Positions 55,007 through 64,000 of a DNA stretch of 64,000 nt are shown one piece after another. This DNA comes from Parasitella parasitica NRRL 2501 (taxonomy: Eukaryota > Fungi > Mucoromycota), in the NCBI GenBank assembly GCA_025201805.1, contig MU619251.1, positions 62,001 through 126,000 on the forward strand, written 5' to 3'. The notes under the pieces were generated by a model. It ran no database searches. It had not been told where the DNA came from and saw only the letters and a program-made list of their open reading frames with translations. The translations under genes and the position numbers were made by a program. Within the stretch, counting starts at the first letter, position 1; each line of letters starts with the position of its first letter.

Positions 55007-55647
55007 TTACAACTTGTATTCAGCAGGCTCAATAGTTTCGTGCTTAAATTGCTTCTTGCCCGATCCATAATCACCAGCACCTTCGCCATTCCCAATGAGC
55101 TTGTATTTATAGATCACCAAGCCCTCTAATCCAACAGGGCCACGGGCATGTGTCTTGTTTGTGCTTACACCAACTTCAGCTCCAAAACCGTAGCGGAACC
55201 CATCAGCAAAACGGGTGCTAGCGTTCCAGTAACATCCAGCAGCATCGACGCGGGTCATGAAATAGTCGGCAATGTCCTTGTTTTCAGTAACAATACAATC
55301 TGTATGTTTAGAGCCATGTTCGTTGATGTGAACGACAGCAGCATCCACATCAGCAACAGATTTGACAGCCATAATCAAGTCCAAGAACTCTGTATAATAG
55401 TCTTCATCAACAGCCTTTTCGAGCTTTGTTTGCTTGTAATTTGATGGAATATTAGAGGATTGCATTAAAAAGTCGAGAGTGTCTGGATCGCATTTGAGTG
55501 CAACACCGGCTTCTAAAAGATCCAACGCAATCTTGCTGAATTTCTCATTGTTTAATAAAGATTGGTTTACTAGTAATGTTTCAGCAGAATTACAAGCAGC
55601 GGTATAATTTGTCTAGCAGTAATAATGAGATACTCGTATTTTCATTG

Positions 55648-55699
<52 letters not shown>

Positions 55700-56538
55700 N
55701 NNNNNNNNNTTTACCTTGGAATCCACAGCAATCTTGGCAGCTTTAGGGATATCGGCGTATTCGTCAATATAAACAGAGCAAATACCATCGGCATGTCCGA
55801 GAACAGGGATTCTACCGCATTATTTTAGCGCACAGCCCCCACCACTTTTTCCTCTATCTAATCTTACCTCGTATTATTTTGAATGTGTTTTACTAAACTA
55901 TTACTTCCCCTGGGAACAACTAGATCAATATAGCGATCCAAATCCAGCAAGGCACTAATATCTTCGCGAGTTTCAACGATTTGCACAGCCTCCTTGGGAA
56001 TGCCGTTATCAGCACGCAAGCTAGCCAATGCATCTTGAATGACACGAGCCAATGCAGCATTTGTGTGAGTTGCTTCTTTGCCGCCCTTTAAAATGACAGC
56101 GTTACCAGACTTGAGAGCCAAGCAGGAGATGTTTACGACCACTTCAGGACGAGCTTCAAAGATGGTCAACAAGACACCAACTGGAACAGTCAAGCGATAT
56201 AATTCCAATCCATCATCTAATTTAGTTGCCATGGTAACCTTCTTTGTAGGATCAGGCAATTGGGTAATGTCACTGACGCCGGATAAGATGGTGTCAAACT
56301 TGTCACCTTGACAGACATCCAAACGCTTAAAGAGAGAAGCTGAAAGTTTACCTTGCTTTACCAAATCCTCGGCAATCTGCTTGTCTTTTTTGTTTGCTTG
56401 GAAGATTTCATCTCTGCGCTCGCTCAATACTTGTTTGATTCTCAAAAGAGCTTCATTCTTTTGCTCATTGGTAACGGACTGCATGCTGACAGAGGCAAGA
56501 CGGGCAGCGCGAGCAGTTTCTAAAGCAGAAGTTGTCAT
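55007..56538 (-). CDS. PRO2: Gamma-glutamyl phosphate reductase (ProA/PRO2); 3 exons
   Basis: Motifs [41 protein letters not shown] and [33 protein letters not shown]. Confidence 0.97.
55700..55709. other. Assembly gap inside a long poly-T tract in a PRO2 intron
   Basis: Ns following ~50 T residues. Confidence 0.98.
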
Positions 56539-56988
56539 TTTATATCTTGTAATAGTATCTTGATTAAGAAAGAGTGAAAGAAAAATGGATTGAAGCTTTT
56601 TTTTTTGTGTGAAAATTTGGAGATTATATGCTGAGATCTAATCAGTTGAGATCTATTTATTAATCACAACGCAAAATACAAGAGATGATGGACCTTCTCT
56701 CCACACTTGCCTTTTAAGACTAAAGGGGATCCTGTCCCTGTTTTAAGCTTTGGAAACTGATGTCATTGTACACTGATTGTCTACAGGAAAAATCATATGG
56801 GCACACTAACTAAATATATACAAACATGTAATATAATATTTTATATTGCCAACAAGAGATTTCGCAATAAAAATAGAAAGCAAAGGTGTATTCAAGTTGT
56901 ATGAACATGGCCACTGGCAACATTTGGATAACGTTATATAGAGGCAAATGTCAAATGAGATCCCCACCTCAACAAATCATCCATTCAA

Positions 56989-59014
56989 ATGTCCCGCTTA
57001 TCGTCATTGATCGTGTTGTTTTTGACTGCAATAATTGGGTTTGCACACGCCGGTGGTGTTGATATTGGTGTTGGTATTAGTGTCGGTGGCACACCTGGTC
57101 GCAGTGGTATCCGAAAGTTTGACTTGAATATAACGCTAGCCCCATTAAATCCAGATTGCAATGCATCATTCATCAGCCCTGTGATCAATGGTCAGTTTCC
57201 TGCTCCTGCTATCCATGTGGTAAAGAATGACATTGTTCAACTCAACGTCTACAATGACCCTTCGCACAATTTTAGCTCAAGCATCCATATCCACGGTATC
57301 AGGCAATTTGGCACGAATCGTGCTGACGGTGTTGCTGGGATCACTCAATTGGCGATTGGTCCTGGTGAGACATTTGTTCAGCAGTTCCAAGTATTGAACC
57401 AGTCCGGTACCTTTTATTATCATGCTCATGTAGGGGTTCAAGACGACACTATCCAGGGCCCGTTTATCGTGCACGAAAATCAAGAAGCATTAGATAGCTA
57501 TGCAAATAATGAGATCATCCTGCAATGGGCAGAATGGTGGCACCAATCTTTTCATGACAGATTCGACTACTACATGAGTCCAGCGTTTATCGGCGATGGC
57601 GGTCCAGACAGTATTCTACTCAACGGTAGGTCAATCTACTCAAACACGTCTGCCACCCCTGCTTCTTCTGACTGCAAAGGCTATACTTATTTCGACGTTG
57701 AGCCCAACAAGACGTACCTTGTCCGCACTATCGGTGCACTTACTTTTCGTACCCTGGGTGTTGCTGTGCAAGGCCACAACATGACGCTGGTAGAAATAGA
57801 CGGTGAGCCTGTGCAGCCGCACAAAGTTGATTACATTGAACTGTCTGCTGGTCAACGCATGTCCTTTACTATAACTACTGGGGACTATGCTGCTGGATCA
57901 GTTTTCCCCATTGTCACCCAATTTAGATACAGAGGACAAGGCCTCGGTTACACACCTAGTGGCTATGGCTTTCTTCGCTATGCAGATCTCTCGCCATCAA
58001 CAAATAAAGTAGATTCTATTTCGTTTTTAACCACTCCCCTGGTTAGAGACCTGCCTGCCGACGTCTTTCCCTTGGTTGACACACCTGGCTGGCTTACAAG
58101 TGAATTGAAGCCTGCCTCTGTTCATCACGACGAATTCATCTTGACTGAACCGGCCACTCGCACTATCAAGATCACCTCACAGGAAACCAAGCTGGCTGAC
58201 AACACGACCCGCTTTATAACAAATAATAGAACGTACGCTGCTCAACCTTGGGGAAACGCAACTGTGTCCCTTATTGATAGAGTCTTGGCCGAGCCTGTTG
58301 GTGCTTTGGATGCTACGGATCGATTCTCGGTTGCTCATCAAACGTTTGTCGTGAAACTGGGAGAAATTATTGATTTTGTGTTTCAAAATGCTCAGCTTCC
58401 TGCTACCGGCAACTGCGTTCTCCATCCCTGGCATACACATGGACACTCTCACTACCTGATAGCTGAAGGCCCTGGCGACTATAATCATGAAACGGATAAA
58501 GACATCAGGACTTTCGCTACTCCGTTGTATCGAGATGTAAGCATTGTGTATCCTCGAATAGACAGCGGCAGTACTGGTGTTAACAACTGCGGCTGGACCA
58601 AAGTGAGATTGTTCACTGTGAGTGCATTATTCTACTGCTGTTGTGTTGCAACGAAAACTTAGCTTCTTTTTTTTTTAACAGGACAATCCAGGTGTCTGGG
58701 CTGTTCATTGTCATATCACTGCCCATATGCTTCAAGGCAAGATGGTCGTTCTAGAAGTGTCCCCTGAAGCTCTTGGCGATCAAAAATACGACGAAACTGA
58801 CAGTGAATCCAAGGGTCGAGAGCACAATGAGCATGAAAGCAAAAGTAAGGATGAGTTTGAGTATGGTGAGAACCATTCTACAGATGAGTATGAGCACGGT
58901 GAACCTGGTGAATCTAAGGATGAATACGAGGAGATTCAAGATGCCACAGATCAAGAGCCAGAGGGGCGATCTGACAAGCCTGTCAAAGAAGAACTAGATG
59001 AAGAAAGTAGCTGA
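56989..59014 (+). CDS. Secreted multicopper oxidase (laccase/ascorbate-oxidase-like) with acidic C-terminal tail; 2 exons
   Basis: Four Cu-binding motifs: HIHG, YYHAH, HPWHTHGH and HCHITAH. Intron at 58618-58681. Confidence 0.94.
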
Positions 59015-59426
59015 ATAACGTGCAGTTATAGTTTCAACTATACGGGCATAATTTACTTTTTCACTGACGTAAATTATATCAATAAACTCATCATCATCAA
59101 ATATCGTCATACTATTCATTTGTGCAATGTGTAATTCTTTATGATGCCATTATATATAGTTGTGCGTGGGCGTTGCTATGTGAATGGATATTGGCTTACA
59201 CACACCAGGTTCAAACAACGTGCAAAGCAATTTCCACAAAATGTGATGTATACATACATGCTACCATAAATGGGAACAATGTAGCTAAACTGCAGTGTGG
59301 TAATTATGGGGGGAGGGAAGGCTTTCATGACGTTTAATTGGGCAACATTTGCTTTAAAAAAAAGCCCAAGCTCCCCACATTTTGTTTTATTACTTGTTTC
59401 TCCTTGACTAATTTAAATTTATTAAT

Positions 59427-61458
59427 ATGTCTATAATGGTAAACAAAGTGAATACAAGTAATACTACTAGCTCAAGGGCTTCTGGTAGTGCCAATACTGC
59501 TCAAACTGCCACCACCAGCAATGCCAATAGCGGCTATGAATCATACCAGCCTTGCTTTCCAAAATCAACACACTTTTACCTATCCGAAACTCCTGTTGAA
59601 AGAGATTGTCGCATCCGAGAATTATTCAGCACTTTGGATAGAGAAAAGCGAGGATTACTCGATAGCGACGCCATACAGAGAGGCTTTACAGCCATGACCC
59701 ACTTGCCTGCCCGTACAAAATATGCAAACGAGCTTTTATCACGATGCAAAACGTCGCAGGATGGGCTTGTGGATTTCGAAGAATTCAAAGCCTACGTAAA
59801 CGACAAAGAGAATGAACTGTGGCACTTGTTCAAAAAGCTGGATACAAGTGGTGAAGGACAGCTGAATCCCACTGATTTACAAATGGCATTGAAAAGGGCG
59901 GGCATGGAAATATGCAAAGAAGATGTAGTCGAATTTATGCAACTTATGGATTCAGGTGTGTGTTTGTGTACAATGTCTTTTACGCAAAGGCTGTTTGGCT
60001 AATTATTTGAAAGATGGAAATGGTCTCATTGATTTCAATGAATTTAAAAATTTTCTTCTGGTAAAAATAGGGTGTTTCCTGCATTGGGGGGGGGATGATG
60101 ATGTACTGATCTATCCTAATAGCTACTGCCTCAAACCAACATGAGCGAAATGTACCGATACTATGAGTCTTCCACACAGCTGACGCAATATGGAGAGGTG
60201 GTGATACCGACAACAGACGAAACCGCAAGGAATGCACTGGGCTATTTACTGGCAGGTGGCGTTGCTGGTGCCGTGTCTCGCACTTGCACGGCTCCGTTTG
60301 ATCGCCTGAAAATCTACTTGATTACACATAGCAGCACTCCCCAGAACCCACTCACTTTGGCTAGTGCCATTCGGTCTATTTATAACCACGGGGGCTGGAA
60401 GAGCTTCTTTGTAGGAAACGGGCTGAATATCATGAAGATTATACCAGAATCTGCCATCAAATTCTACTCTTACGAGTCGTGCAAACAGCTAATGGCCAAC
60501 ATCTTTCACTGTGAAGATAAGGATTCGATACCTACCAGCGCCCGATTTGCTGCTGGTGGCATGGCGGGTATTTGCGCTCAGTTCTCGATCTATCCTGTCG
60601 AGACTCTAAAAACTCGAATCATGACGCATCAATCATGCGGAATCGCAATGACGAAACCAGTAACAACAACAACAGCTAATGTATCAAGAAATACAAGTCT
60701 AGCGAAAGCTTCCTTTTCGTCTTTGGCAGCTTCCTTGCCGACTTGTGCATCGAGTAATCACTTTTCTGGTGGCAGTACCAGTACCAGACATCCAGCAGCG
60801 AGTTCAATCATAGCAGAAACTGCAAAATCAATGTATGCAAAAGGTGGTGTCAAGGCCTTTTGGCCAGGCTTGGTGAGTGTTGTTTTTGTTTTTTGTTTTT
60901 GTTTTTTTGTGTTGGTAACTCAAACGCAATAGACGCTTGGTTTAATAGGTGTATTTCCATATCAAGCTATGGATCTCGGTAATAGGGAGAGCGCCATTTT
61001 TTGATGAATCCAGCTAATATGTTACCGTATTTTGTAATAATAGGCATTTATGAGACGTTGAAGCTATCTTACTTACAGTATAGCCAGGGCGAACACAATG
61101 AGGATGGATCTCAAAAGCAACCAAATGTATTTGTTTTATGGGCATGTGGTATGATTAGTGGAACTATTGGTGCCACCAGCGTATATCCTCTCAATGTGAT
61201 CCGGACAAGGTAAATTAAGCATATTTATAAAGGAAAAAAGAAACTGAGCGATACGTAATCAGATTGCAGGCACAAGGCACCAAAGGCCATCCTCGACTGT
61301 ATAAATCACCTTGGGAAGCAGTTCAGACTACTTTTTTAGAGGGAGGCGTCAAAGGGTTTTACAAGGGACTGGGCCCTACCCTATTGAAAGTTGTACCAGC
61401 TGTCAGTATTAGCTATGTAACGTACGAATGGAGTAAACGAGAATTGGGGTTATCCTAG
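59427..61458 (+). CDS. SAL1: Ca2+-binding mitochondrial ATP-Mg/Pi carrier (SAL1/SCaMC); multi-exon
   Basis: Four EF-hand-like loops. Motifs SRTCTAPFDRLKIYL, FFVGNGLNIMKIIPESAIKF, YPVETLKTR and VYPLNVIRTRLQAQGT. Confidence 0.9.
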
Positions 61459-61828
61459 TTTGTATTATTCACCTTTGCTACCGTTATTAGCAAGTTTTGC
61501 ATGTATTTTATTTATTTTTCTTTGATCTCCATCCATTCCCCATCTCAGTCATTCTTTTATTCTTTATAAATGTTGATAAATGCATTTTATTTGTTCAAAA
61601 AATGCTAAGCAAGATAAATAAATCTTTGATTTAGACGAAATTCTGGGAGACATTACACTTTTTTAAAAAAGTGCTCATCTGAATACACATGATTCCCTGC
61701 TATTCACAATCATACACAATTTAATAACAGAAAGTTCAACATTAAATAATTGTTATATTTACTGTATCAATGAGCTATTTTAACAGGGGCCAGTAATCAT
61801 CTCAAATATGATCGCACTACTGCATTAT

Positions 61829-61936
61829 AGAGAAACCATTTTTTTTTTTTTTTTTTTTTTAAATGTTTTTATTGATTGCTCCGTGTAAAGCACAGTAGTG
61901 AAACTGGCTCAAGAGGCGGGCGCAGAGAAACCATTT
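61829..61936 (-). mobile_element. Short retrotransposed insertion (5'-truncated LINE/SINE 3' end) with poly(A) and 13-bp target-site duplication
   Basis: agagaaaccattt at 61829-61841 and 61924-61936 flanks a T22 tract plus ~63 bp. The minus strand has AATAAA just before the A-tail. Confidence 0.8.
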
Positions 61937-62839
61937 AACCGCATTGGATTTTGCAGAATTGAGCAAATAACTCAGAAGAGGAGCTCATTTCTGTTTTATG
62001 TTACAGCAAAATCAAGAGCATGAGTGACCCTTTCAATATGGACAATATCAATATATTAGAACCAAAAGATCAATTGACAGGTCATGAATCATTGCTAAAA
62101 ATCAGACCGTCAGCAAAGTAGGCAGTGTATTATTGATGACCTTGACCTAAAACAATTTGCGATTTTGAGCAAGAGCAATCTAGATGTCTTGGTCCATGAG
62201 AATATTTGTCAGCAGATAGTGATTCAGTCTTACCCACAATGCCATTGGAACGTTTATTAGATGATGAGGGTAGCGCCCTATGCATGAAATGTACGCCTGC
62301 AGCTGTTCCGGGCCTCGACGGGGTCCCTACCTGAATGCCCTGCAGAAGATTAACCTATCACCAAAAATGTGTAAGTGAACCTAGATCAAGAATTCCACCT
62401 ACAGATACGATATTTCGCGGCCAAGGTCTCATCTGGCGCCATCATACAGAGCACCCGCGTTTGGCAGGCCATCATGTCTAATACTTTAAAAGTCTATGGA
62501 CGAGACAAACATGTGAAAAGCCTTTACGAAACATTAGTCGCTTTAAGGGCACAGTCCCCGTCCCTCTACTTTGACAAGTTGGTTTCAAGACATTGTTGCT
62601 AGATCCATTTCATATCTTGGTTTTAACATATATATATTTCTGGAACCACGGCTCCTAAATAATAACATTTCTACTCGGGGTTTGTCATTTGCGCAATAGT
62701 ATTATTAAAGCATAAATATGCTAATTGGTAAGGTTTTACCAAGGCACAATCAGGGGTAACACGTATCACCAAAATGGGATCAGAAAAGAAGAATTGAGTT
62801 TTTAACATGACATGCTTTTTATTTAATGGATATAGACGA

Positions 62840-63988
62840 CTAGCATTGAGCATGAGAATGAGATGAAAAAGTAGTAGCGTTAATGATGCCTTCGTTTACA
62901 AGTTGCTCAAACGACCACACATTGGAATTGATCCCGTTTTTTAGAGACCAAAAAGTACCACCAGCGCCCGATCCTTTATAAACTGATACCTGAGTATCCA
63001 TCATTTGTTTTAACCATAAATCATTGCTGGCAACTCCCGAAGCTAGAGACCACTCTCCAAAAAATACAGGAAGATGGAATCTGGAGGCAGAAGACGTGGT
63101 GTTGCAAATGCGGTTAATTATCGAGGTTTGGTTTTTGTCTGGAGGAAAAGCATAGTACGGGTGGAGATCAATCACAGCATTAGCTGGAGCAGGTAAAAAG
63201 CTTTTCCATGCATCAAGACCTTGGAAAGCGTCATGGAACATCATAGGAACTTTGAATGCAGATGCGTTAATGATATTAAAAGCTTGTTTATAGTACTTTT
63301 TGAGGATGGCGAGCTGTTTCCCAGAAATTTTAGGCTCGTTGGCTGATTCAATGGATGCGATTCTTGCTTTCAGACTCAAATCGAGGCCATTCATCCAGTC
63401 TACAACGGCTTGAACGGTCTTGACACTACGTTTAATATTGTAATCACTGTAGAAACCGATAGGCCCAATGTGTCCTGAATGTGCCTCGCCGTTTTGAGAT
63501 CCAGGAAGACCATGGAGGTCAATAATAGCATACATATCATACTTGGCGCAATAGCCCAAGACACGTTCGATCTGAGCCTTTTGGCCTGAAGAAACATAAG
63601 GCTCATCAGAATCAGGTTTAATAAAAGCCCAATAACCAACGGGGATACGAACATGATTGGCATTGACACTAGCGAGAATTTTGAAATCGTCTTCCGTGAT
63701 CCACCTATTCCAATGCTCGGTCAACGCAGCGGACGGGTTGGAGGCTTGCTGCGAAAATGTCCATTCGTCAGTGGCGTTTGGAGCATACTTGTCAAAAATA
63801 CTAGAGTCCATCCACTTTTCAAGGATAAGCCAGTTACCCAAGTTGGCACCCCATGCTTTGGTAGCCCAGTAGTTGTATGCCGTGCCAGTGCGATTGCCAT
63901 GAGCAATTGGGGATGCTTTTGTTGATAATGTCATTGTAGAAGTAACGATGCCGACACAGCTCGTGATCAAAGCCTTGAAGGATACCAT
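62840..63988 (-). CDS. Secreted GH5 exo-beta-1,3-glucanase (glucan 1,3-beta-glucosidase); intronless
   Basis: Motifs GANLGNWLILEKWM, NHVRIPVGYW, IDLHGLPGSQNG, acid/base NEP and nucleophile GEWS. Confidence 0.93.
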   Translation of the reverse strand: MVSFKALITSCVGIVTSTMTLSTKASPIAHGNRTGTAYNYWATKAWGANLGNWLILEKWMDSSIFDKYAPNATDEWTFSQQASNPSAALTEHWNRWITEDDFKILASVNANHVRIPVGYWAFIKPDSDEPYVSSGQKAQIERVLGYCAKYDMYAIIDLHGLPGSQNGEAHSGHIGPIGFYSDYNIKRSVKTVQAVVDWMNGLDLSLKARIASIESANEPKISGKQLAILKKYYKQAFNIINASAFKVPMMFHDAFQGLDAWKSFLPAPANAVIDLHPYYAFPPDKNQTSIINRICNTTSSASRFHLPVFFGEWSLASGVASNDLWLKQMMDTQVSVYKGSGAGGTFWSLKNGINSNVWSFEQLVNEGIINATTFSSHSHAQC

Positions 63989-64000
63989 TTTATCTCAATG

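Noticed and set aside
62200-62340. AVPGLDGVP, similar to the LINE pre-RT 'PG.DG' motif
   Set aside because: A single short motif followed by a stop, with no further RT motifs; too weak to call.

Overview
Eukaryotic, gene-dense fungal DNA with short (~50-70 nt) GT-AG introns, AT-rich intergenic DNA and two N-gaps. Intron style, gene content and TE types suggest a Mucorales fungus (inference). About 22 spliced host genes are recognisable: Rab escort protein, YIF1, a KDM4-type demethylase, GH18 chitinase, mL46, ARPC1, two EF-hand mitochondrial carriers, a damaged RING ligase, SHO1, a PQQ-like beta-propeller, MBOAT/ALE1, SEC1, Nup57/54, COA3, kinesin-4, a C-type-lectin-like secreted protein, PRO2, a multicopper oxidase, a GH5 exoglucanase and three unknowns. 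They are interleaved with decayed mobile DNA. The main find is a disrupted, intron-bearing 5' half of a probable Fanzor1 (eukaryotic TnpB/Cas12-like RNA-guided nuclease) gene at ~24.8-25.9 kb; its RuvC half and omegaRNA are absent. Other notable items: a CEP104-like TOG pseudogene paired with a transposase pseudogene between ~270-bp direct repeats; a capping-protein-interaction motif formed only by splicing; a multicopper oxidase with Lys at the T1-copper axial position; and a tiny TPRT insertion with a 13-bp target-site duplication. All family calls come from motif recognition by eye, with no database searches. Gene spans include introns.
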